Below, piece by piece: positions 1 to 13,903 of a stretch of DNA of 64,000 nt. Numbering within the stretch: position 1 is the first letter of the stretch; each line of letters opens with the position of its first letter. This DNA is from Mizuhopecten yessoensis. Lineage: Eukaryota. The position numbers were made by a program, and so were the translations under genes. Location: contig NW_018407050.1 in NCBI RefSeq assembly GCF_002113885.1, forward strand, positions 333,053-397,052, in the 5' to 3' direction. Under the pieces are notes generated by a model. That model did no database searches, was not told the origin of the DNA, and worked only from the letters and a program-made list of their open reading frames with translations.

Positions 1-879
1 CCGTGACGTCATACTTCATTCATATGTATATGTCACTATGCCACGCCTCAAAATTACGGTGGACGCCATGGTACCGGCCTCCTTCCCCATGTATACTTCA
101 TATGGGTCTTCGGTTACACACGTGGTTGACGTCCACGGCACTCTCTTCAATAGGAGTTTTTGTGACGTCACATTAATATGCATACGTTATCAAGTCAAAA
201 CCCCAAAACTGTCACGTTTGGACGCTACAACTAAGTGGTGATTGTAGATATTACAGTCGTATCATGCACTACTTGGCCATCTGTCAGTGACAACTAGTGT
301 TATATATATGAAACACAAACCACATTTTTCAGTTGTTGTATCAAAGCAGAAATGTATTTCATAATGTGAAGCCTGAGCGCCGTGCTGATAATATATGTGC
401 CCATTACCCTCTCACCCTGGCAGTTTTCAATAAAAGTAAAAGGTCAGTTAAATACCTGTTTAAATGCTCCAGTGTTGACACATGTACTGCAGAAGATATA
501 TTGACAAGTGATATAATTATTTAAAGGCATTCCATATGGATATTCTTAACATAGTACCTATGACATTTGGTGACCGATATTTGTATACATTGTCCTTTCG
601 TATAACTTTATTTTTTTTATAATATGAGCAATTGAATGTAATGTCATTTTTTTTTATAATAATCGTCTATTTTTTTACTTACAATATATGAAAATGAAAT
701 ATAATTTAAAATTCAATTCAATTGCCATAATAACTTTATGGGAGTATGAACATTAACAAACATATACATTTAGAAAACACAGTATAATAAGACGTAGATT
801 ATACATAGCGTAATACTGATTGATATGAACCCTCAGATTAACGTACGATACTTTAATTGTGATCAAGAAGTTAACATGT

Positions 880-895
880 GAAAGTGAAACGAAAA
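880..895 (+). promoter_or_regulatory. Candidate IRF-binding element (ISRE-like) GAAAGTGAAACGAAAA
   Basis: Matches GAAANNGAAA with a third GAAA, ~1.4 kb upstream of copy 1. Retained as GAAAGTGAAA at ~22322 and degenerate at ~10897. Motif match only. Confidence 0.3.
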
Positions 896-2266
896 CCTTA
901 GATCATCCTGTGACGTTCTTTAAAACCTTTTTCGCTTTAAAATGGCAAATTGGTGAGATGAGACAATTTTCTAAAGTGCACTGTAAACTAATCAAGTCTT
1001 TGCATTGATCCATGACTTACCACATATGAGACTGCAGTGATTTAAAATAGGGAGAGGATGGACGACAAGTAAAACCCCGCCTACCTGCCACAGTACGCAT
1101 CGCCGTCAAACTTACAATGTCTGAAGTGATATTAATGTTGTTTTTTAATCCATTACATGTCAGGGTACCGCTGCATCACATTAGTTCCTACTTCTTTTTA
1201 ATATGTAGCAGGTACAGGGGTTCGGATTTCAAATTTTACTGCTAATTAAATTATTTCAAAATATTATAATTGTACAAGCTATTTAAATTATTTCAAAATA
1301 TTATAATTGTAAAAGTGGTCAACTTGTGTTTATTTTGGTGTTTCGATAAATCCATTGACTCTACGCAAGGATACATTATGAAATCTGGTAGTAAAAGTAA
1401 AACCAACGAGGAGTCTTTTTTTTAGTGATTTGTTTTTTCGTTAAATTAATTGACAATGCACACTATATATGCTACATATTATTTAATACTTGGGGATTCA
1501 TATATGATGTGCTATTATACAAAATATTTACACATATAGAGTTATATCTAAAACAAAATTAAAGGGAGATCAATCAAACAGGGAACGACCGTCGAACATA
1601 TTAATCATGCATATCATAAATAAAAAAATGGAAATTGTTAAGATATATGATCATTTATTGAACAGTGTTGTTTGCAGAGAAACAATTTCATAAACTACAC
1701 ATCACAAACCTACGGCAAAGTCTACGCTGCTACCAGACCGTATATTTGATAAAAATAAACGGACTTTGAACTTATATCAGTAGGTCAATTTTGCAGGTTT
1801 TCGGCAACGTCGCTTAACCGGGAAGGTATTTACTTGCAGAGTTACATACTGAGCTATAAGTCACACCTGTATAGATAACTAAAACAGTCATGCGCATGGA
1901 GGGCTGGATCGATTTTATGTCATTCAATAATTTGGCCGGTTATATAATAAAGGCGTCACTTTTAGTATCAAGACATTTCGAAATAACAATTTATGGTTTG
2001 ACATAGACGTTAAACATTGTCATTGTATGCCGACTGCCTGACATTGGAAACAAGGTGAGCGATGATGGTAACTTATGTTTTCCCATGATATTTTTAAACA
2101 TATTCTCCAACACATTCATTCAGACAGGAACAGGCGAACCACTACTGATTAGTGAACCTGAGGGATCTACGTGGATTTCATTTTCCGAAGTCAAACAAAC
2201 TGCTTTACTGTGAATTCAATTTTCTAAAGTCCATTATCCTCGAAAGTTTTATATCTCGTTACTAAA

Positions 2267-3967
2267 ATGGCCACGCCCCAGTACAAAGGGCAGCTTCCTT
2301 CCCGTATCAAAGGTCAAACAACGTGTATGTACCACAAGGATAGAAAACTGGACATTTACTGTGAAGAATGCCAAGAGCTTGCTTGTATCAAATGCCTGTC
2401 AACTGTACATAAGAAACATCCTTTGTGTGACCTTAGTGAAATTACTCCAAAAAAGAATCAAGAGATTCAAAACTTCATCGACAAAACCGAGAATGCTGAC
2501 CTCGTACAAATTGACCAGTACATCACTGATACTGATACACATTTAAAGGACAATGCCAGCAACTTTGAAAAACTTTCCCAACAGTTGAAGAAACAAACAA
2601 TGAAAATTATACAAGATCTTTGCCAGCTTTCAGCACAGACTACGTGTCTCTATCAGCAAATGGAGGAGGATAACACCAAGCTACTACAAACCTACAAACA
2701 CGATCTGGAAATGTACAGCATACAGCTTAAACAACAAGTACAAGAATGTAAGATAGCACTTCAGCGTGGCACTGACATACAAATCTACGACGCAGGATTT
2801 GAGATTCATTCTCCTGTCACTCTCCCTGTAAAACCTACCCTGGGTACGGCTAGCTTCACTTCAAACCAAAATCCTAAGGGTCACATTGAACAAGCCTTGG
2901 GAAAAGTGGACACTTCAAATAAAGGTCAGGGTCAAGTCTCTGTTTGCCCCGATCAGTCATTTTCTGGACATGGTCATTCCTCTACACAGAAGTCGTCAGA
3001 ACGTAAAGTTAGGAGACCAAGTTCACAACAGAGCTCAGGAGAAAGAGAGGACGTGTCCAGTCCAGTATATACCCTGTTGTCTCAAACCAAAGTGTTGGAG
3101 GAGTGGCAGTCTCCATGTAATATTATTTCTGTATGTCCCACCACTAATGGTCAGGTGTGGACCACTTATAGTGACACCTTAACTCTTCTGAACAGGAAGG
3201 GGAAAGCAATACAGGAGGTTAAACACAATACTGGGATCACAGACATAAGTCTGTCACCTACAACCAACACACTGTAGATCTGTGACAAGGAAAACAACAT
3301 CACAGAGCTCGTGTCAGGACGACTAGTATACAGATTCAGCACCAGGGAGGAACCACGGTGTATCTGTATCACAGCTAGTAACCATGTCATTGTGGGGATG
3401 GACAAACACATCTCAAAATTTATCACAAATGGTAAACTGGTACTTACTTCATCAGCTTCAAAGACTGGGAAGCCATTAGTGTGCACACCATACAGGATCT
3501 CAGAGTGTCCTGTCACTCACAATGTCGCAGTGGCTGAGTTGGGTATTGCAGAGGAGGAGGAGGAGGAGGAGGAGGAAGAAGAGGAAGAAGAAGAAGAGGA
3601 GGAGGAGGAGGAGGAGGAGGAGAAAGAAGATGAAGGAGATGATAATAATGATGATGAATGGAAATCACATGTTGTTGTCATGGACACAGATTTCAATGAA
3701 CTATTTATATATGATGGTGAAGTCTCAAAATCAGAAAATGAACCGTTTAAATCTTTGGATGTTGTGTATGATAGTGTGGGTAACCTAGTCATAAGGGACT
3801 ATTACAAAAAGCGTGTCCTACTCATCAGTGGGTGTGGTGAGTTCCTTAGGATCATACACACAGACGACTACTACATTACACAGGCTGTTCGTGTTGACAG
3901 GGAGGATGTCCTGTGGGCAGTATTTGGGTATAGGGAGTTCAAACTACTACAGTACAGCAGCATGTGA
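2267..3967 (+). pseudogene. RING-less TRIM-like gene (B-box2, coiled coil, NHL-like beta-propeller), copy 1, interrupted by one in-frame stop
   Basis: ORFs 2267..3277 and 3311..3967 are in the same frame. TAG at 3275-3277 aligns with TGG (Trp) in both paralogs. B-box2 motif CMYH-x8-CEEC-x4-CIKC-x4-HKKH; 24-Glu tract at 3551-3622; 566 codons if read through. Confidence 0.85.
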
Positions 3968-4399
3968 CATCTAGACAGACTACAATGTATATATCTAGTT
4001 ATACCATGATAACTAACACTGATAGAATGATAGAAAACGACAGGATTACGTAATAAACCTCATCAAAAGATAATGTCTTTTTTTACCCGAGAAGCGAAAC
4101 CTCGGTACCCATTGATAATGTGTATATTACATTTGTTATAATGAAAATGTCTCAAAACTGTAATTCTTATAATGTAACTATCGCATAAGTCCTGCAAACA
4201 CGAATAGTTTGACAATTGAGTTGTATTACAATGGAAAACCTTATTTACACTGAATAATCTTCCTTTTTTAAAGTCGTTTATTTTATTTTGTGTATATTGC
4301 AGCTGAAAGACGTTTGTAAAAATAGTGTTGTACTGCAAAATTGTGGTGTCATTATTGTGGCAATTATGGTGTTTAACAAATTTTGTAGCGTGGATATGT

Positions 4400-5310
4400 T
4401 TTGAAATGTCTGGCTCCTGTGATCTTAGTGATATTACAAAAGTAAACAATGCCTAGTCCCTGTGATCTTACCAAAAGTTGCAATATCTGGCCCCTGTGAC
4501 TCTAAAAATGGTAGTTGTTATATTCTGCCTAACGTTCAGCATTAAGGGGAATGACAACCCGTTGTCAGCATAATGTGACCAGGTTAAATGCTGTGTTAGG
4601 TGTCTTTGGCATAGTGTTCCAGTGGGATAGCACTTTAAAGTCTGCATCAGATCCGCGCAGGCACGTAATACGAACATACCCTGTCTCCGGCACACATGCA
4701 CGCATGCTCCCTTTCACAACACACATGGAGGCACGTCCTTAAATAACATTAGCTGTTAATAGGATGTTAAATAAAATAAAAGTAAACTTAACTGACCCCC
4801 GTGCTCTTAGTGATATTACCAAATGCCATAATGTCGGGCCCCTTTGGTCATAGTGATATTACCAAAAGTGATTCAGAATTACATTAGAGACACCAGACGT
4901 TTTTATTAGATTCTCAAATAGTTTTGTAAAATAATCTCCCTTACAACAATTGTGATGATTGAAATACGTATTGTCCAATCAAATTCAAAGTACAAATAAT
5001 TTCTTATTTTGATACTTAAAGAAACTTATGTAAAAGTACCGTTTATATGATGTGTATATACTGTTATTTTTTGTAAAGAGAGGGCTTATATAGGCTATGC
5101 CTGTTGCCCAATTCCTTTTGTACATAAGATCAGTACAATAAAATATTCTGAAATAAAATAATGTCTGGTACCTGTGGTCATAGTGATAAAACCAAAAGTA
5201 ATACTGTCTAGCCCCTGTGATCCTAGTGACATTACCAAAAGCATTAATGTCTGGCCCCTGTGATCTTAGTGATATTATCTAAAGTAATCATGTCTGGCCC
5301 CTGTGATTTT
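4400..5310. repeat. Interrupted ~40-45-bp minisatellite (aatgtctggcccctgtgatcttagtgatattaccaaaagt)
   Basis: About nine degenerate units in three blocks (4405-4510, 4795-4870, 5160-5310). Confidence 0.75.
4521..4785 (+). mobile_element. 5'-truncated SINE
   Basis: Its 3' tail gcacgtccttaaataacattagctgttaataggatgttaaataaaataaaa is shared with the tRNA-headed SINE at 41355-41575. It interrupts the minisatellite. Confidence 0.55.
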
Positions 5311-7659
5311 GTCAACATTGTTATGTATAATATCTTAAGGAGCGTGACGTGACAATTTTAAAACACACACAAGAGGCCCCTATGACTTTATTGTTCAGCA
5401 GGATATTGAAGGAATCATGGCAAACGATTCTCGATTTAAGTATAGTATGGCAAATGGAATCCTAGAGATACGGTCAGTCCCTTTGGGCAATCCTGGTACG
5501 ATATGTGTATTCAAATATTCATGCTTGGCAATTGTTTTGTAATAGGGTGGGGATCTTAAATGTTTGCAAGTGATGAACCAGCGAGTAATTATCGACGGGG
5601 GAGCAGTCCCCAAGGCCGATCCTGGTAGCAGAGTTGTATTCATCCCTGCAATTGTTAAAATGGTTAAAGGATGGGGATATCAACTGTTTCAAAGTTATGA
5701 CCCAGGAAATAAGTCCCTAGGCATATGACAATACCCGTGGGTCGACGCTTAAAGCATTAATATATTAGTCTCTATATGCTTAGCGATTGTATATACGGTA
5801 ACGGGTTGGGAATCTCAACTGATTCCAAGTTGTGACCGAAATATTTTCAGTAGGGACAAAATCAGTTTATTCTCTCAGAGGTATTCTTGGCAATGATAAT
5901 AAATCTATTTTTCAAAATTGAGCTTTTTATTGTTTTAAACTTAAGTCGTACTTCTTATACATTGTAGTGCATATTATAATTGTGCTGAATTTGTATATAA
6001 TAATCTTCTTTAAAAATCATAATATAGATATTTCTTAGGAGATTATGATGTCAACTAAAATGTGATATGCACACATCTATGATTTAAAAAAATGTAGAGT
6101 TGACACTTTAAACTTTTGTTGATTTGTTATTCAACATGAAATTCAATATTTACTTTTTTATAGGTTTGTCAAACCAGTCATATTGTGGTAATAGGTTACC
6201 CGAACAATCTTCCGAGCCAGTAACCGATTAATCGGTCACTTCTTCGGTAAACAAATAATAAACAGCAACAAACACATTAAATAAACTATCTAAACGTATT
6301 TACTCCACAAACATACATGTATATATTAATTAGCAGGACAGTTTATTCGTGTATTTCAAGCTAAACGCAGGAAACAGCTGCATGTAACCTCAGTAAGTTT
6401 ATTTCATGGACAACAAATGTCGGAATGCAGTAAGACGGGATTCAATTACAGTTGTCTGTACTCGACATCATATGCGGTTACATTGTTCTTCAGTACTAAT
6501 ATTAATACCCGGCCTCCTTTGTCCCGGCCAGGTATCAAATCGATCCCATGCCTTGTAACGGAGAAGATTTTAGAATTAATTGATAGCACATTGGTCCGCA
6601 TCCATAAAAAGAGTTGTAATATGAACTTTTTATGTTGATACCCTATATAACTTAAAGTTAAACTCTGCCTAAGATGTCGTTAAATTATCAAGTTAATGTC
6701 GCAAGGGGAATCGAAATCTGAATTGACCGCCATGTTGGAAATTTCGTCTCTCTTCCGATATAGGTCAGACGTCTATATACATTGTATGGGTGTCATGACC
6801 CAATATGGAAATTGTAGTAAACATGACGGCATCAGTATTTATACTTATGCTGGTCATATAGAAAGGATAATTGAGATAACATCACGCGTGATCTTTCATA
6901 GTGTTTGTTTCTATTTTTTCCCCAAGACGGACTTGGCTAATTTCGTGAAAGCGTTTTTTTATTAGTAAGGATTTGTTTTTTCAACAATTATGCATTATTT
7001 TAATAACATTTTACTCATATGAGGCGTGAATTATATGCAATCTTACAGATTAGCACTTTTGATTTTGCTCCATTAGTTGGCATAGGACCGCTTCGTACCT
7101 CTGATGACGGAATTTATAAAAACTTTATACATTATCGCAGATAATTGTTTTTTAAAACAAAATTTGATCGACAAACGTTTTAAGACATGCATGCTCAGAC
7201 AGTGTGTACTCTTCAGATCATATTCACATCTCGCATGTAAAAGCGCGTTCTATCTCTAAGATTGTTTATGGTGTTGCCGACATCTCTTTGTCAAAAGTTA
7301 CAATAGAGTACAAAAACAACACTAACATGTTTTCCCTGAACCCTGAAAACAAAATCCGATTTTGGTCGCATCTATAGATAATTTGCAGATCTAAGACAGG
7401 GAAACATGGGGCTTCCGAAAGGGTTAAGAACATTTTCGACTACTCAGTTATTGATTTTGGTAACCGTTTCGTGGTCTTTCGACCGAGTTACCTGTTAACC
7501 GACTAGCCGATGACAACCCTACTCTTTTATAAAAACCACTCCACACCAAGAAACCACATGTACAGTAACCAAATGGTGTGTTCTTAACACAGATTTTTTT
7601 TTTTAATTTGATTTTTATTTTCATTTTAATGTGCAATATATACATCTTCATCAAATTAG

Positions 7660-8040
7660 CAATTATCATAATCATCATTCATCAAGCATTATCCATCATA
7701 AACAATAGCCTCATTACCATCACATTTCACAGACATGCACCATCCTCATCATCATTCTCATCACCTTCGTCATCACTTTTTTTTAATACAAAACAACATC
7801 TCATCATATTTCATACAATGCATCATCATCATTATCATCATCCTCTCATCATCATCATTATCATCATCATCATCATCTCATCATCATCATCTCATTATCA
7901 TCATTATCATCATCATCTCATCATCATCATCATCAAAGCAATATCATTGTATCGTTATAATCATACAGAGAAAAAATACAAATCAACACTGGTCATTACC
8001 ATAAATACTTGCATCATGTACATGTGATCATCATCCTCAC
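7660..8040. repeat. Degenerate (CAT)n microsatellite
   Basis: Runs of catcatcat; explains the His/Ile/Ser-rich ORFs. Confidence 0.9.
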
Positions 8041-11000
8041 TGTTATTATAAAGAAAACAAGATCACCTTCCACATGTCACATGACTCTCACATCCTGACA
8101 TCATACACATAAAGTTGAGGAAGCATATGCAGTAACAAAAAAAATAAACAATAAATTATCTATTGTATACCTGCAGTGATAAATAAGATCAGATTTACAT
8201 GAATGTATATTGCACTTTATTGGCTGGACAGACAAATAGCATGTAGAAAGAATTAAAGACGTTTAAAGAAAAGAAAAAGAAAGCGAGAAAAAGAAATAGA
8301 AACAAAGTGGAAGAACAGGTTGGGAGGTAGCTATATATAGACAAGACATAATATTTTCAGCTTTGCCAAGGGCTGGGAGAAGCCTACTTGATATATGAAT
8401 AACAATAACACTGGTACTACTAATAATAATTTACAAGTAAAAAACAGCAAGAGTACTATATTTTATAAATCAATTAACTTTTTCCATTTACACAGATTTG
8501 ATTAAATCTTACAAACCCTGTATGTCCTTAGGTAATTTCTGATGGTTTTTACTGCACAATTAAAAAAGCTTTCAGTAATCATAAGATATACCCTCACTAA
8601 AGAAAATACAGCAAATGACAATGGACAAACGTTAACAATGGACAATATGTTTATATAGTATTACCTTACAATACAGTAATACAGTTTTACATACCTTATA
8701 ATTATACATAACCGTTCACAACCTTAGTTTTTAATTATGCGCCTTTGTATATATTATTTAAAAGGTTATATATATATATGTTTTCAAAAGAGATTATGAT
8801 GTTAACTGAATAGTTATGTATACTAAACTATGATTAAATAGAGTATTTATGTCTTTAACTTTTATTGATTTTTATTCAGCACAACCTTTCTTATTTACCT
8901 ACTCTATTATAAAGCCTAACCCTCACTAAGAGATCACGATTGTTGCAACCAAAGGGTTGTCTCTTTATATAGATTTGTATCTTACAAGAGGCCAAGGACC
9001 AGTAATACTCTGGGTATACTACTAGAATGCTTGAAACGGTCGTGTTCCAAATTTAGTTTAAACTTTCTTTTATTCAAGTATTTCAATTATATATATATAA
9101 TACAAAACAGATGGTACAAAATAGGAAATAAAAACAAGTGTCTTAGACACTTATATAAATCGATCACTTTATGATAAACTGCAGAATATATTCAGGATGG
9201 ACAGCATATTGTTAGCAGTTTAATAACATACAATTAACACAATCAATGCCAAGACTTCAAACAAGGAGAAGGAATGAATAAATGGTGAAGGGTTTTGGTC
9301 GTTAAAGGGTTTTACTTGTTGTTACATACGTACAAGTCGGCGTTAAGTACATACATGTTTATGAAACATAAAATCATAAGGAAAACCTGTTTGTTTGTAA
9401 TATATAACATTGGCCAGCTAGGAAGATAACCTTATTTTCTTGTAATGACTGTGTCTCGTTCCCAAACATTAAGATATCTGTAAATACTGCCTTTTAATGT
9501 CGTCGTATCTGTTACATTCTAAAAGAAAGTGAGCAATGTTTTCAACTTGACCGCATAAACATAGAGGAGATTGACCAATGTTCTAATGACTGTTTAAGGA
9601 ACTGCATTCCATTTGCAGACGAGCATGAAACATTTGACCCTTATGGGTCCAGGTGCTAGTATTTATGTTTTAAACTTTTGTTGATTTGGAATTCAACACG
9701 AAATTCAATATTTACTCTTTTATAAAGACCAAGAGACCACATGTAAAGTAGCCAAAGGGTGATCCTGTGATCCAATGGACAATCTGTTTAAATAGCACTA
9801 CCATATCATACAGTGTTATACACTTTTATATATTTTTATATACGTTATACATTTATATGTGAAATATATCAAATACAAAATCTTTCATTTTCCACAACAT
9901 ATGACATTCATGAAACATGTCTGGAAATGTTTGTTTTAGCAAAACTGACATTACTGCAACTTTCAAAAACATAATGAGGACCAATGATATAAGTAAGATT
10001 AAATACTCTATGAAGTTACGGTATGACTTTTTTATTGAATTTAATATATTAAATGTGCCAACTAAATTAAATATTTTTTTCAATCCCCCCTCACCACCAT
10101 TACATTTAAATAAAGTAGATTATAAAAAGTAAACAAATCTAACATTACCATATCCCGTTTATACAGACACTTATTTCGACCCCATAAAAAGGTTTGCCGT
10201 GACGTCATACTTCATTCATATGTATATGTCACTAAGCCACGCCTCAAAATTAAGGTGGACGCCATGGTACCGACCCCCTGACCCATGTATACTTCATATG
10301 GATATATAAAACACAAAACACATTTATTGGTATATCAAAGCAGAAATATATATTATTACGCATTACCCACTCGCCCTGGCAATTTTCAATAAAAGGTCAG
10401 TTAAATACCTAAAAAGGGCAGGTTATGCAAATCCTAGATTAATTTCGCAACATGTTTAAATGCTCCAGTATTGACACGTGTACTGCATATAGAACTGAAG
10501 AAGATATATTGACAAGTGATATAATTATTTAAAGGCATTCCATATGGATATTCTTAGCATAGTACATTAACGGACCTATGACCTTTGGAAACCGATATTT
10601 GTATACATTGTCCTTTCGTATAACTTTATTTTTTTTATAATATGAGCAATTGAATGTAGTGTCATTTTTTTATACTAATCGTCTATTTTTTTTACTTACA
10701 GTATATGAAAATGAAATATAATTTGAATTTTAAATCAATTTCCATGGTAACTTTATGGCAGTATGAACACTAAAAATCATCTACATTTAGTAAACACAGA
10801 ATAATATGACGTAGATTATACATTACATAAAACTGATTGATATGTATCCTCAGATTAACATACGGTAGTTTAACTGTGATCAAGAAGCTAATATGTGAAA
10901 ATGCAATAAAAACACGTTTATCATACCGTACCGTCTTTAAAATCTTTTGCGCTTTAAAATCGCAAATTGGTAAAATTGGACAAATTGTTTAAAGTGCACT

Positions 11001-11150
11001 GTAAACTAATCAAGTCGTTGCATTGGTCTATTTCAAGACCTACCACATATGAGATTGCAGTGTTTATAAAATAGGGAGAAGACGACTGGTAAAACCCGCC
11101 TACCTGTCGCAGAACACATCGCCGTCAAACTTACAATGTCTGAAGTGATA

Positions 11151-11740
11151 GTGTAACACCAGAAGTATCCAAATGTAAGACACCAAGATGTGCTACATGT
11201 CCTATGATTATCGAGTGTAATGATTTTATTTTCAAGAATGGTTTGAAGTTTACTGTGAAGGTAAATATGAATTTTAAATCAAAAAATGTAATTTATGCAA
11301 TAGTTTGTTCTAAATGTGGTGATTTTTACATCGGTCAAACCGGTAATGAACTCAGAACACGTATGACTGTACATAGACAACAAACTAGAACTGATTCTTT
11401 ACGAAATCTTCATGTTAACAAACATATTCATGAATGTGCTGGAGATAAATTTAATGTATTACCTTTGTATCAACTATTTTCATCAGACACTATTTTAAGA
11501 GAAACGAAAGAAGACCAACTAATAAAAATATTAAAACCGAGTCTCAACAGGCCACAATAAAATTTTACGCCAAATTGTCCACCAATCTTGTGTACTTCGT
11601 GACGTCACGTTACTATTGTAGTGTGATGACATGTAATTGTGACGTCACGACGTTGTTCTCTTTTGAATAAACCTGAAGAGCCCTGTGAAGGGTGAAAGCA
11701 GCTAGTTTTTTAGTCGGTCGTTAATTTTATTTTTTCTNCT
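11151..11740 (+). mobile_element. 5'-truncated Penelope-like retroelement: GIY-YIG endonuclease (ORF 11204-11560) plus 3' pseudo-LTR region
   Basis: Upstream in-frame CKTPRCATC zinc knuckle, then NVIYAIVCSKCGDFYIGQTGNELRTRMTVH and C-terminal E...I..LKP.LN. Begins exactly where homology to unit 1 (tctgaagtgata, ~1110) stops. Confidence 0.88.
11669..11708 (+). ncRNA. Minimal type I hammerhead ribozyme in the Penelope 3' region
   Basis: AAAC-CUGAAGA-GCCCU(GUGA)AGGGU-GAAA-GCAGCUA/GUUU: conserved core boxes, 5-bp stem II, stem I AAAC:GUUU, very short stem III, CUA cleavage triplet (cut after 11704). Confidence 0.78.
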
Positions 11741-12984
11741 AGCGGACGATCTGAAAAATGTATGTTTTTTTTCTATATAGAAATATATATATGGGGCAAA
11801 GAAGTAATTCCAACAGTGTTGTTATATATATATATATGTATATAATAAGAGCGTAGCTCTCAGACGCCGAAGGCGCCCGAGCGAAGTTCTTCAATGGTAA
11901 CACATGCGTGCGTGAACAGAGTTGCTTCCCCTTGCTACACGTTGCCTTCAATTATTTCCGTCCGGCAGTAGACGTCAATTGGGGAAACCGGAAGTGTATT
12001 CTTGAAGCAAAGACAATTGTGTTTCAACCATTCATGAACATCTTCATAAAGTGAAAACAATCTTCATGTTTTACAACGTATTTATTTAGATAAAAACTAA
12101 TATACATTCTGTGTGAAAAAGTCTACAAATAAAATGTGATACTAAAAGGCATGCAACTATCAGAGAGTATCATACTATGACGTCACAAGCACGTCACACT
12201 CCATCGGCCTTCAGCGGTGAATTCCGGAAGGATGAAAAATAACCGGAAAATCTTTGAACTGATGTCGGGTGCTTTATCTCTTTATTGGTGCTTCATGACT
12301 TTTTTTATTTCAGTTTTTTCTTCAGGCACAAAAAGTAAAAATGCGGATAAATTCTGAATGTTAATATGTCTACCAGGAGATCTCTTCAAAGAGAGCGGGA
12401 TTAAACCGATAGGACAACGTTTACATTTATTTTTTTTATCATGTAAAATTTCATCAGCTTTTAGTTTGAATTTGTTGAGAATATGAACGAAATTATTAAC
12501 ATTTGTGAAAGTCTGGTTTTAGTCTTTACGTAATTTATTTATGCATTACTACTCATAAAAGAAACAATGGATAATGCATTTATGTCAAATCAACAATAAT
12601 TTTCCAGACAACCAACCCGAGTTCAAAGCCCTTTTTTAGCAACGTATTACTGTTTCACAACGTGTGCCGATTTATAACTAATTACAGACAGAAACTGTTA
12701 AATTCTATATGGCATCATTACCTGTTAAACCTCAGTGACATTTACAAAATTTGAAATTCAATCCGGTGTTCCATGGTCGAACAGGAATTGAGACTACATA
12801 TCGACATAACGACAATCTCAGTTACATCAAAGTATAACAATGTTTTTTTTTTGTTTTTTTTTTAAACTTACATCTCTATACATTTACTTAGACTAATCGT
12901 CAAACATGTAATAAGCTCTTTTTTCTATAGGAATGACCAATCAGGTTGTTTTTTCCAAACTGATCTCAATCATTCTATTTGTGC

Positions 12985-13132
12985 CCTTACGGAAGCACGC
13001 AGTGGATTTAATTCTTAATGTAGGAGGGAGCTGCAGTATCCGGAGAAAACCCGCGTGATCTGGAAGGTGAACGGGATTGAATGCGGCCATCTTGGTGAAG
13101 ACGAGCACACTATCCACTGCGCCACCTGACCC
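12985..13132 (-). mobile_element. Degenerate tRNA-headed SINE fragment
   Basis: Minus strand reads ggtggcgcagtggatag (A box) ... gggttttctccggatactgcagctccctcc, resembling the core of the SINE at 41355. Confidence 0.5.
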
Positions 13133-13257
13133 ATCATATACGTTACGCACAAGAACAAATATCTCCTTTAGCTTTGACTGGAAGAAAATGGCGTCATTGA
13201 TGCAAAAATTATATAGTGAATACATTTTTATCAATCATCAATGATACAAAAAATCTA

Positions 13258-13903
13258 CATACGGGAGACCGGGGCAAGTCCGGCCACCCCTTATATGTTT
13301 GTTTTTGAGCTAATATTTACAACTTTAAGGATCTTAACAGTTAATTTGGCTGCACATTCACACGAAAAAAAAGACGAGGAAACTCTAATGTAAAATTACT
13401 AAACAGGAGAAAATGACTTTGGAGAGGGTAGAAAGAAAATCATGATCTCGCTTCTATAGTTATGCGAACTTTCTGTAAACGGAATTGCTACTTTTTACGG
13501 TCAAACGTGTAACACACTGACAGCTTCAAATGATATACATAAAAGCTAATCACTCATTGCCATATTGCTGTACGATAAGAATTTATTGAAATATCAATTT
13601 GGGCCCGGTCAGGTTCGGGCAATGATACCGTGGCAAGTTCGGCCCATGTAACACATTACAAAGTCGTAAAATTGGCGGTAAAATATGACGTTGCATGCTT
13701 TATGACGTCATAATTAAGCTGATTCGAATAGGGGCCGAACTTACTCAAATGCCTGTCCGAACTTACCCCATGGCGGGGCTCGTTCGGCCATCCGATCTTC
13801 CGATAGAAAAAGTTAAATAATGTTCAAAAACGGACGTTCTGCCATACTATAAAAGAACGGACTTAAATAAAATGGCTCGAACTTGCCCCGGTCTCCCCTA
13901 CTG
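13258..13903. mobile_element. Tc1/mariner (pogo-like) MITE
   Basis: TIRs catacgggagaccggggcaagtccggcca / tggctcgaacttgccccggtctcccctactg; TA on the left flank; internal ggcaagttcggcc subterminal motifs. Confidence 0.7.

Noticed and set aside
3275-3277. Selenocysteine or pyrrolysine recoding
   Set aside because: The codon is TAG aligned to Trp; Sec uses TGA and Pyl is not used in animals.
3166-3792. Antisense and alternate-frame ORFs recurring in the TRIM-like copies (also ~16.6 and ~33.1 kb)
   Set aside because: Shadows of the paralogous sense CDS; their starts and stops are not conserved.
7448-8027. His/Ile/Ser-rich ORFs
   Set aside because: By-products of the (CAT)n microsatellite.
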